From Desulfotalea psychrophila LSv54 (GTDB lineage: Bacteria; Desulfobacterota; Desulfobulbia; Desulfobulbales; Desulfocapsaceae), in contig NC_006139.1 of assembly GCF_000025945.1 (NCBI RefSeq), positions 1 through 32,000 on the forward strand: a DNA stretch of 32,000 nt, in the 5' to 3' direction. A program made the translations under genes and the position numbers. The notes beneath the pieces were generated by a model. That model searched no databases. It saw only the letters and a list, made by a program, of their open reading frames with translations, and was not told where the DNA came from. Shown here piece by piece: positions 1-8,745 of this stretch (position 1 is the stretch's first letter; each line of letters begins with the position of its first letter).

Positions 1-1030
1 TTTTTATGATATTTGTTGGTTTTGTTTTTTAGAGAAGACAAATAAGGATTTTGAAAGAAGTTATTTTTTTCAGATAGTATGTTGGTTGAGTTGTTTTTGT
101 GGGTGTTTAAGTTGTTTGTCGGTTTGGTTTCGAGCAAGGCGAAGGGGTTGATGTTTTTTAGATTGTTAATTTGTAGGGTATGTGTGAGTTTTTTTATAAG
201 TGTGTGAGTTTTTTTATAAGTGTGTTGGTTTTTAGAAAGTTTGTTAGTTGAACTATTTTTTATGTAATAATTTTTTTTGGCTTTATTTTTTTATCGTCAA
301 AGACGACAATTAAGAAAAAGAAAAGAATATGCGAAGTGTTATTGATGGTTGATTAATAAAAGAGAAGTAAGAAAAATATTCAAGTAATCACCGAACGGTG
401 AGAAATGTATAAGGTAAGGTTGTCGATAGATAAAATTCCTTATTTCTATCCATTCCTTTCCAGTTTTATTAGGTTAAAAAATGGTTAAAAGAAGGTTAGC
501 AAAAAAACAGGCGTCTTGGATACGCATTAATATTAAATAGTTAAGACATAATTTTTTTTTTTTCCGGTGGTTATCTTACACGTTTCCGGTGGTTATCTTA
601 CACGTTTCCGGTGGTTATCTTACACGAAGCGGTGGTTATCTTACACGAAGCGGTGGTTATCTTACACGAAGCGGTGGTTATCTTACATGCACTAGCGTAT
701 ATTTGCGCTAGCACAAGTATTTAGAAAAACGTGCTTTTTCTTCCGGTGGTTATCTTACATGAAATCTCCTCTTTTTTTTCCACTTTTTATAAAAAAAAGC
801 TGAATTTTATCCTATAAAAACTATTTAATGTCAACTAGTTAAGCAAAGCGGTGGTTATCTTACATGGGCCGGTGGTTATCTTACATGGCCGGTGGTTATT
901 ACTGCAAAACAGGCTAATTTGGCTGATTTTACAGTAAATAAATATTGTTTTTGGTAATTATATCGGCATGTTAATAAAAGCGGTGGTTATCTTACATGGT
1001 TAGGTCTAATTTTTACTTATTTTTTGAATT

Positions 1031-1150
1031 TTTTTTGTTTGTTATGCAAACTTCTTTTTTGTTTGTTATGCAAACTTCTTTTTTGTTTGTTATGCAAACT
1101 TCTTTTTTGTTTGTTATGCAAACTTCTTTTTTGTTTGTTATGCAAACTTC
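1031..1150. repeat. Five perfect tandem copies of a 24-bp repeat TTTTTTGTTTGTTATGCAAACTTC
   Basis: Direct reading: units at 1031, 1055, 1079, 1103 and 1127. Each has the inverted repeat GTTTG-ttatg-CAAAC. Confidence 0.95.
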
Positions 1151-1191
1151 TTTTTTTAAGAAATGCCATTTTCTGTGTGGGTAATTCAAAG

Positions 1192-2007
1192 CGGTGGTTA
1201 TCTTACACGGGGCGGTAGTGATGTTGTGTGGGCTGGTATCTTATGTGGAACGAGGCTTAATCACGCTATTACAGGCAGTTAAGGGATGATATCTAATCAT
1301 CTATTACGAGTATTAAATAGGTGTTTGATATTAATGGGTTATCCAAAGCGGTGGTTATCTTACACGGAACGGTAGTGGTGTTGCGTGGGCTGGTGTTATC
1401 TTATGTGGAACGAGGCATAATCACGCTATGACAGGCAGTTAAGGGCTGATGTCTAACCATCTATTACGAGTGTCAAATAGGTATTTGATATTAATGGGTT
1501 ATCCAAAGCGGTGGTTATCTTACACGGAACGGTAGTGGTGTTGCGTGGGCTGGTGTTATCTTATGTGGAACGAGGCATAATCACGATACCACAGGCAGTT
1601 AAGGGATGATGTCTAACCATCTATTACGAGTGTCAAATAGGTATTTGATATTAATGGGTTATTCAAAGCGGTGGTTATCTTACACGGGACAATAGTGGTG
1701 TTGCGTGGGCTGGTGGTTATCTTGCATGAAACAAGGCATAATCACGCTAGCACAGGCAGTTAAGGGATGATGTCTAACCATCTATTACGAGTATCAGATA
1801 GGTGTCTGATATTAATGGGTTATCCAAAGCGGTGGTTATCTTACACGGGACGGTAGTGATGTTGCGTGGGCTGGTTTATTTTACGTGGGACAAGACATAA
1901 TTATGTAAGCCCAGGCAGTTAAGGGTTAACATCTGAAAATTCATTTGCGAGTATTAAGTAGGTATTTGATATTAATGAATTATCTAAAGCGGTGGTTATC
2001 TTACATA
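1192..2007. repeat. About five tandem ~160-bp units, each with one intact iteron
   Basis: The block GAACGAGGCaTAATCACGCTA..CAGGCAGTTAAGGG..GATgTCTAACCATCTATTACGAGT..AAATAGGT.TTTGATATTAATGGGTTATCCAAAGCGGTGGTTATCTTACACGG recurs. Iteron starts are 157-161 bp apart. Confidence 0.9.
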
Positions 2008-2019
2008 CATATTTATCCA

Positions 2020-3093
2020 TTAAGTCCGAGTAACTGTGACAATATCTGTTTTAGGGTTAACTTCCCACTTTGCTAAAAAGCCAGCTTTCTTTAATTCTTC
2101 TAAAGATTTCAGCAACTCTTTTTTGAAATTTCTTATACAAGTCATCTTAGACCCACAACCTTTCATCAGTGTTTCAATTTTGACAGGAAAGGGTTTTTGG
2201 TGGCTCTTATAATAACCGTGCAGCCATTTTGACAAAGCACTCTTAAAACTCATTCGCATATCCCATTCTAGCGTTGTATAGCTGTTTCGAGCGAACAGCC
2301 GTACAATCTCAGGCTCAAGCCATACCTGCCAAGTTTTGAGCCTCACAGAATCTTCTTCTGCCCCTTTTCTTATATAGTACTTTCTGATCAGAGATAAGTT
2401 TGAGACTTTATCTCCTCCATTTCTAGCGGAAACCTTTAAACCTGTTACCTTTAATCGCTCTATGACTTTTTCAAGTTTTGTGTAGTAATAGCCACTGACA
2501 GGCCAACCAACAATTTTGCAAAAATATCGAGGCGTAAATTCTATTGTGGGGCTGTCATCAATTGCTTTGTCAGATAGTATACAAAGAAAAATAAGTTGCA
2601 ACCACACATCTTCATCATCCTGACGCAATTCTTCACCCGTATAAGTAATAGAAACATTATCACCAATTACAGGGATTACTTCATTTTTGAACAGTCTTCG
2701 AGGAATTTTTTTTGCTCCAACTGCAAACAACGCAGACCTGGTAAATTCATTAGGAACATGCCGATAGCTTTCTCCATAATTAGGCAAAAACAACTGAACA
2801 GGCTGTTTGGTCAGCTCATACTTAATATGATGTACGTCTTCTGAGGGTAAAGCTTTTCTTACAATTTCCCCAAACTGCTCTTCAAAATATTGAGCTTGAG
2901 CTTTTTCTAAAAATATTAGTGTTACACCACACAAATCATTTTCAGTACTACACTCAATAGTCAGTTCTTTACACCAAGAATCATAATCCCGCTTAGAGAG
3001 TTTTGCCCCAAGATCTCTCAAGACGACATTCAAATAATGACTCTTTTTCTCCTCAGCATTTTCAGCCATTTTTCCGCTCCTAGATTTTTTCAT
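2020..3093 (-). CDS. trfA: Plasmid replication initiator, TrfA family
   Basis: 357-aa ORF with TrfA-like blocks 'VPNEFTRSALFAVGAKKIPRRLFKNEVI', 'ITYTGEELRQDDEDVWLQ', 'GWPVSGYYYTKLEKVIERL' and 'KPFPVKIETLMKGCGS'. Beside iterons and parA. Confidence 0.85.
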   Translation of the reverse strand: MKKSRSGKMAENAEEKKSHYLNVVLRDLGAKLSKRDYDSWCKELTIECSTENDLCGVTLIFLEKAQAQYFEEQFGEIVRKALPSEDVHHIKYELTKQPVQLFLPNYGESYRHVPNEFTRSALFAVGAKKIPRRLFKNEVIPVIGDNVSITYTGEELRQDDEDVWLQLIFLCILSDKAIDDSPTIEFTPRYFCKIVGWPVSGYYYTKLEKVIERLKVTGLKVSARNGGDKVSNLSLIRKYYIRKGAEEDSVRLKTWQVWLEPEIVRLFARNSYTTLEWDMRMSFKSALSKWLHGYYKSHQKPFPVKIETLMKGCGSKMTCIRNFKKELLKSLEELKKAGFLAKWEVNPKTDIVTVTRT

Positions 3094-3108
3094 GGTAGGG
3101 AAAAAACT

Positions 3109-3528
3109 TTAACTTCTCTCACCGAAATCTTTTGGAACACGCTTAGCCCTAACAAGCTCCTTCAGGTAAGCATTTTTCATATCCTCGAACAGCACTTTTT
3201 CAGTCAGTTTTGGATCCAAACCCTCTCTGTTATCATTAAGATATTTTTGAATATCTTTAATGTCCTCAACAGTGCCACTAAATATATAAAAACTACGGGC
3301 TTTAACGTCCCATCTGCCCAACTTGGGAGTATTCTTCTTTGGCGACACCTTCTTATTTGGATCATCGGACTCTTCTAAATTCCCCTTTACAGACGTAATA
3401 CCTGGGGGATCCCCTCCCAAACCTTTAATTCTTGATTTCTCAGGAATTATAACACCTTCATCAACTTCAGTTTGCTTTTTTCCCTTTGCGACCATTTTTA
3501 CCTCTCTAAATTTATTTAGTTGTGTCAA
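3109..3528 (-). CDS. Small basic ParA-partner protein (partition accessory candidate)
   Basis: 139-aa ORF overlapping the 3' end of parA by 17 nt. Paralogous C-terminus to the ORF at 10515-10748. Confidence 0.55.
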   Translation of the reverse strand: MTQLNKFREVKMVAKGKKQTEVDEGVIIPEKSRIKGLGGDPPGITSVKGNLEESDDPNKKVSPKKNTPKLGRWDVKARSFYIFSGTVEDIKDIQKYLNDNREGLDPKLTEKVLFEDMKNAYLKELVRAKRVPKDFGERS

Positions 3529-4153
3529 AGAAAATATTCATCAAGTTTTGTATCACAACTGCACCACTCTGATTAGCTGTTTTGAATGATGTTTCCAATA
3601 TAGTCTTGCCTTCATTCTGAGCTTGCCGGTAACAGGCTTTTTCAAATAATGCCCCTGCCACTGTATTATAGCCACCTCGTTGAATATAATCCGATGCGCC
3701 AGCCTCCTCTGCCTTTGTACCTACACGACACAAAGCAAGATACATTTTGGATTTATCTATACCCTTTGCTGCTAACTCGTGGAAAAGAAGCACCGCAGGG
3801 TCAAGATCATCACGACCAGCGCCACTGGCCTGGACAACTAGATCAGCCAAAGCACAAATTTCTAATGTCAACCTGGATCCACGGGGCGCACCATCAAGAA
3901 TAACAATATCATAATCTTCTTGGTCAGCTAAAGCCTCTTCAACTGTTCGACAAGAAACAATATGATCCAGCAATGGTTCTACTGCGTTGCTCTTTCGCCT
4001 CTTATGCCAATCTACACATGTTGTTTGCTGAGTATCCATATCTGCGACCTTAACAGAGTAGCCCGCCTTCTTGAACACGACCGCAACAGCTCTAGCAAAA
4101 GTTGACTTGCCAACACCACCCTTCTGGCTAACAAATACAATTATTTTTTTCAT
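3512..4153 (-). CDS. parA: ParA family ATPase
   Basis: 213 aa. Deviant Walker A 'VSQKGGVGKSTFARA', 'VADMDTQQTTCVDWHKRR', 'YDIVILDGAP'. Confidence 0.92.
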   Translation of the reverse strand: MKKIIVFVSQKGGVGKSTFARAVAVVFKKAGYSVKVADMDTQQTTCVDWHKRRKSNAVEPLLDHIVSCRTVEEALADQEDYDIVILDGAPRGSRLTLEICALADLVVQASGAGRDDLDPAVLLFHELAAKGIDKSKMYLALCRVGTKAEEAGASDYIQRGGYNTVAGALFEKACYRQAQNEGKTILETSFKTANQSGAVVIQNLMNIFFDTTK

Positions 4154-4239
4154 CCAACCTCACCCTTATTTCCATAGTGTTTTAGAGTTCCGTCATAAAT
4201 CCAACATAATCACTATATCCTCTGTTAAAAAAAAAACAA

Positions 4240-4275
4240 TGTTTAAAACATATTTTATGTTTGTATTTATGTTTG
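4240..4275. promoter_or_regulatory. Candidate parA operator/centromere boxes
   Basis: ATGTTTAAAACAT (4240-4252), then ATGTTTG at 4257 and 4269 (12-bp spacing), upstream of parA. Confidence 0.45.
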
Positions 4276-4607
4276 TTATTTTGTTTTAGAGAAAAACAAT
4301 TTTGTTGTTTGTTTCTAGGTCAGAGCTACTCTGGGAAAGGGACATAATGCTCCCGCCTATTACGCCGGCAAAAGCTAGACTGATCCTCCCCTGATATTGT
4401 GAAGTCCATATTAACTCGTTATAATACGAGGGACAGGAGGTTTACATGGTTATGCAAAGACGTAGAAAATATGATTGGGCTCAAAGAAAACTCATATAAT
4501 CAGGCGTTCAACCCGTTTCGCTACGCTACACGGACTCGCTGAAGCTCAGCCAGTTATGTCCACGTTAGCCTGACTAAATTTCAAAACATTATCTAATCAG
4601 GTGTTAT

Positions 4608-5966
4608 ATGCGCAAACTTATGGGTTATCTTGCCCAATTCGCATCATTCTCAAAGCAAGGCGAGCTACTATGCACCCAAAGTCTAACGTACCTCCTTATG
4701 AACATGGAGGCGCAATGTATTTTTACTTCGTTTCTTGGCGCGGCTGTAGGTTCAACAATTCCAGAAACACTGACTTGGCGTACTGAACATTGCCAGAGCG
4801 ATGGCGCCCGTCCAGATGTCGAAGGCTGTCGCGCGGACGGTGTACCCGTTGTTAAAATTGAGGGTAAAATTGGCGCCGCATTTGGCGAAAGACAGCTAAC
4901 ATCCTATATGAAAGAGCTGTGCGGGCTCAATTGCCCAGGCAACTTGATTCTTCTTGTCCCTCGTAACCGGCATGAAGAGGCTACTAACCACGCTGTATGC
5001 GAGTTCGCACTCAAAGGTGAGGGGCCTTGGCAAGTTAAAAACGTAAGCCTTACTGTCATTACTTGGGAGGACCTACTCCAAAACTTGGGCACCGTCGTTG
5101 GTCAGAGTTTCCAAGAAGACCTTGCGCAGTTACACGCACTATATCGTGCCCTCAACGGTGACGACATGGAACCCTTGACCACCGATGAACAGGTTTTGTT
5201 GTGGCGAGAGCAGGAGGCATGGTGGGCAAAACTTGTAGATATCACTACCCGGCGATTTACATTGCCGGGTGGCTCGCTCCTCCCGTTAGGGTTAGAAAAT
5301 GCTGTGGCACCTTACTATCGCAGATACATTTGCAGGAACATCCTTGGTGTTGAATCGTGTTATAGTGTGGGGACGCGCGATCCATTTCAAAACCACCACA
5401 CGCCGCTTTGGCTGCGTTTTCATAGGAATACTGGCCACTTTCAGGTGATCACCCAGCAGCTAGAGCACTCACCGCTTGTGTCGGAGATCGTGCGTAGTGG
5501 CAAGGATATTTGGTATCCACTAGAAGTGCCCTACAACGCGGAGCGTGAGGTGATGGTTGAATCGTTGGTGTCACAAATAAGACGCATCGTTAACGTAGCC
5601 TATCAGTTCACCACACAAGAACCACCCCGATACAGTAATTTGTTGAGCAAAATGATATTTTCTGAGGAAATCAAATCTTTTATTGAGTGTAAGGACTGGA
5701 CATTTGCTAAGACAATGCCGCAGTGGCCACATGAGTATTTGGTACGTGACAGAGTCGACAGCCGGCTTTTTGAACTGGTGGTTAAACACCTTCGCAAGAA
5801 CGGTTACCAAGGATATTTTTACGAGCGACCGATTACGTATTACGAGGAAAGCGGCTGGGTGTACTGGACAATGGGTGCGCCGATCGCTGAAACTGTTATC
5901 ATTAATAGATGCCGAACAGAGGATTCGTATGAATCTCGCGCAGCAGCGGGAACCCTTCCGAAATAA
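4608..5966 (+). CDS. Hypothetical protein with PD-(D/E)XK-nuclease-like motif and conserved C-terminal domain
   Basis: 452-aa ORF. N-terminal 'ARPDVEGCRADGVPVVKIEGKIGAAFGERQLTSYM' (D...E-x-K...Q..Y pattern). C-terminal 'MPQWPHEYLVRDRVDSRLFELVVKHLRKNGYQGYFYERPITYYEESGWVYWTMGAPIAETVIINR'. Confidence 0.6.
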   Translation: MRKLMGYLAQFASFSKQGELLCTQSLTYLLMNMEAQCIFTSFLGAAVGSTIPETLTWRTEHCQSDGARPDVEGCRADGVPVVKIEGKIGAAFGERQLTSYMKELCGLNCPGNLILLVPRNRHEEATNHAVCEFALKGEGPWQVKNVSLTVITWEDLLQNLGTVVGQSFQEDLAQLHALYRALNGDDMEPLTTDEQVLLWREQEAWWAKLVDITTRRFTLPGGSLLPLGLENAVAPYYRRYICRNILGVESCYSVGTRDPFQNHHTPLWLRFHRNTGHFQVITQQLEHSPLVSEIVRSGKDIWYPLEVPYNAEREVMVESLVSQIRRIVNVAYQFTTQEPPRYSNLLSKMIFSEEIKSFIECKDWTFAKTMPQWPHEYLVRDRVDSRLFELVVKHLRKNGYQGYFYERPITYYEESGWVYWTMGAPIAETVIINRCRTEDSYESRAAAGTLPK

Positions 5967-6128
5967 AGTTATGCTCTAGGCTGGGTAGTGATGCCAAAAT
6001 GTGGAAGGACTTAGTCCTAAGACAATCGGATTTTCAAAAAGCACCGAGCTACATGTCATCGGTACTTTTATCGAGCGATAATTTTACTAACGACCCGATA
6101 ACGTCCACGATTGGACATCAAACATCAA

Positions 6129-8220
6129 GTAGGGTGAGGTGAGCACATACAATGCTCACCTCATCCCTCTCACAGAACCGTACGTACGGGCCTCGTATAC
6201 GGCTCCTGTTTACTTATATCCCTATCTGGAACAAGAATTCCGGTTTTCACAGCTGATACATCAAACAGCCAAAGCTCTTTGTGTAAATAACAGTTCGGCA
6301 GTGCATAATGGGCAAGAGGACAAGCAGAATTCGCCCATGAGTTCATCTTAATAAATTTGAACTCTCCCTTATACCCTAGTTGGCGTAATCGTCGGTGTAA
6401 CTTACCGGCCTTCTTCCAGAGCTTTAGCTGGATTGCACGGAGACGTCTCCGTAACCAACTAGACACAGCCTTTAACACGTTTTTACAATTCGCTATCCTA
6501 AAATAGAAAGCAAAACCGCGTAGAATAGGATTCAAGTCATCAATGACTGCTTCCAAATTCTTTCCACTATTTCGCCGAGTCAAAGCCTTCACCTTCTCCT
6601 TGAACGACCCAATTTTCCCCTTTTGGATGCGAGTGTACTTAGAGTGTATTGATACACCAAGGAAAGCCACTCCACTCCAACTATGGCAAATATGAGTCTT
6701 TTCGCGGTTTACAGTGAGTAACAACCCTTTCTCAAGGAAACAGCTTGCCTGTAAAAGTGCGTTTTTGGCTGCGCTTTTCGAACTGCACAAAATCAGGATA
6801 TCATCGGCATAGCGCACTATCCTATGACCTCGTTTTTTCATAAACTGATCAAACTGATCAAGATAGATATTGGCAATTAGCGGACTAATCACACCGCCCT
6901 GCGGACTACCGACTTCGCTTGCCTGCCATCCTTCGTCTGTCATTACTCCACTTTTCAAGATTTTCTTGAGCAACCCTAATATTGACCCATCCTTGATTCG
7001 CCTCGATAGAGAAGACAAAATCAAATCGTGATCCAAGGTGTCAAAACATTTCGACAGATCCATATCCACAACCCACTTCCTATCATACTTCCGTATAAAC
7101 ATCGTCGCTTTAGTAATCGCCTGATGGCAACTTCGCCCCGGACGATAGCCGTAGCTTGATGGATGAAAGTCGGGATCAAATATCGGCTGTAGAATATCCA
7201 GCAGAGCCTGCTGTACTACACGGTCACGGACTGCAGGAATTCCGAGCAACCTTATTCCACCATTTTCTTTGGGAATTTCCACCCTACGAACAGGTTGAGG
7301 CTGGTAGCTCTTCTCGCGCAATTCCGTCAGAAGCCGATCAAGATTGACATCAAGGGATTCAGCAAAATCTTTGACGGACTGACCGTCTATACCGGCAGCT
7401 CCATTCGCAGACTTTACCTTAAAAAATGCTGAGCGCAATGCACTTCGGCTCAACAGCCTCCCATATAAACTATACCAAATCTTTGCCATTTTCTGCCTTG
7501 CGGCCTCTATCTCCTACAGTTCCTTTTAGACACCGATTCTTCACGTGAGCAGTCTCGCCTTCTAGCCCTTCGGCAATGTACGATCCCACATTCACGTTAC
7601 TCCGATGAGCGGCCAAAATCAGCAGACTACCTGTCACAGTCAACCACCGAGAAAGTGCCCTGTTCTATCGAACAACTTGTGCTCTGCCTAAAAGTCTTGC
7701 AGGTTTTCAAGGTCTCTTTAAATAAACTTCACCCCTTCGCAACTGATATGGCTTTTGGCACATAACAGTCCCTGACCACCAAAGGCCAGATCGTCCTGGT
7801 TTTACCCTCCACACTGTTACTAGCTTTCACAGGCCTGGACTTAATAACTACTACGGGATCATCTGCCATCTCACAGAACTTCACTTCTGCTCAGGTCACC
7901 CCTTGCCTTCGGCTATCCTTTAAAAATATAGGAATTCTATAAGACTTCCCCGGTTAAGGCGAACTCCCTGTGAGCAATCGCATCCTCAAGCACGATACGG
8001 GATTGACCAAGTATTGGGCTTCACGCTATTTCGGACGTTTACCCTCCCGCATCGCCGAATCAGGTTCGCTTTCGCTATGTACCACTCACTTCCTATCGCT
8101 TCCTTCAGACCCTGCCGTTACCAGCAACGCCCTTGCGATTCGGATTGTCTTCCCCTTGGTCGGGGTGACGCCTGCTTATCGCAGGCTGGGTTTGCCCGCC
8201 ATGCCGGGCAAACAAAAAAA
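6129..8220 (-). mobile_element. Group II intron, probably class C; 5' boundary approximate
   Basis: RT/maturase ORF. Domain V-like GAGCCGTATACGAGGCCCGTACGTACGGTTC (complement of 6175-6205). Domain VI-like hairpin 6132-6167. Upstream side adjoins a terminator hairpin, typical of class C targets. Confidence 0.7.
6170..7489 (-). CDS. ltrA: Group II intron reverse transcriptase/maturase
   Basis: 439 aa. RT motifs 'GIPAVRDRVVQQAL', 'SSYGYRPGRSCHQAI', 'VGSPQGGVISPLIANIYL', 'RYADDILILC', and maturase region 'WLRRRLRAIQLKLWKK'. Confidence 0.93.
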   Translation of the reverse strand: MAKIWYSLYGRLLSRSALRSAFFKVKSANGAAGIDGQSVKDFAESLDVNLDRLLTELREKSYQPQPVRRVEIPKENGGIRLLGIPAVRDRVVQQALLDILQPIFDPDFHPSSYGYRPGRSCHQAITKATMFIRKYDRKWVVDMDLSKCFDTLDHDLILSSLSRRIKDGSILGLLKKILKSGVMTDEGWQASEVGSPQGGVISPLIANIYLDQFDQFMKKRGHRIVRYADDILILCSSKSAAKNALLQASCFLEKGLLLTVNREKTHICHSWSGVAFLGVSIHSKYTRIQKGKIGSFKEKVKALTRRNSGKNLEAVIDDLNPILRGFAFYFRIANCKNVLKAVSSWLRRRLRAIQLKLWKKAGKLHRRLRQLGYKGEFKFIKMNSWANSACPLAHYALPNCYLHKELWLFDVSAVKTGILVPDRDISKQEPYTRPVRTVL

Positions 8221-8250
8221 GGGTCTTAGAGAAAAAATTCTCTAAGACCC
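8221..8250 (-). terminator. Rho-independent terminator
   Basis: 13-bp perfect stem GGGTCTTAGAGAA / TTCTCTAAGACCC with a T tract on the minus strand (AAAAAAA at 8214-8220). Confidence 0.8.
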
Positions 8251-8301
8251 TTTGCAATGGTGGTGGAGGTAAGCGGGATCAAACCGCTGACCTCTTGACT
8301 G
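8251..8301 (-). tRNA. tRNA-Ala 3'-end fragment (att-like copy 1)
   Basis: Minus strand reads AGAGGTCAGCGGTTTGATCCCGCTTACCTCCACCA. It matches 9547-9597 with one mismatch. No 5' half. Confidence 0.6.
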
Positions 8302-8745
8302 TCGGGTATTTGGAATTGTTGCGTAAATTTGTTTTAAGTCGATGCCGTAACTTGCAAAATTGCACTTTTCCCAGGATGAATCTATTTTTCCCGTAATACC
8401 CTCCCTCGTTTGCCACATTCTCCACTCCTGTAGGCCACTTTCAATTATAAAACAGTGTTCTAGAGATCTCTTGCCAGTTTCTTTTATCACCTATAATGAG
8501 ACTTTTCGGCTAGGGGCACTTGAACGGTGAAGTTTTTTGGTCTCTTGTTCTGATAGTTTGGATTGTGATTTTGGCTGATTATGGATCACTTGAAATTCTT
8601 TTATTTTAGGAGCATACTGGTTTTGCAACAAAGAATATTGGGGATGCTTGATGGGGTGTGGGATGCGTACTGTCTTGCGAGAGGCTATGGGTGGAGGTTT
8701 CCGCAACCTACTTGTTAGGTAACGAAATAAATAATATAATTTAAA

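Larger units (their letters stand above)
565..2007. repeat. Iteron array, candidate oriV / incompatibility region of a TrfA-type replicon
   Basis: Sixteen copies of CGGTGGTTATCTTACAYR, starting at 565, 587, 609, 630, 651, 672, 744, 849, 870, 981, 1192, 1349, 1509, 1669, 1830 and 1990. Truncated copy at 890 (CGGTGGTTATT) and degenerate copy at 1711 (TGGTGGTTATCTTGCATG). Adjacent to a TrfA-like rep gene. Confidence 0.85.

Noticed and set aside
996-1218. Overlapping 62- and 64-aa ORFs with 8-aa repeats (FVMQTSFL / LLCKLLFC).
   Set aside because: They only translate the 24-bp tandem DNA repeat in two frames. Low complexity, no coding support.
565-2007. Repeat series considered as a CRISPR array.
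   Set aside because: Spacing is 3-4 bp between iterons or a repeated ~140-bp block, not unique 30-40-bp spacers. No cas genes; adjacent trfA fits iterons.
7970-8245. 91- and 71-aa ORFs left of the terminator.
   Set aside because: Most likely structured group II intron RNA sequence read by chance.
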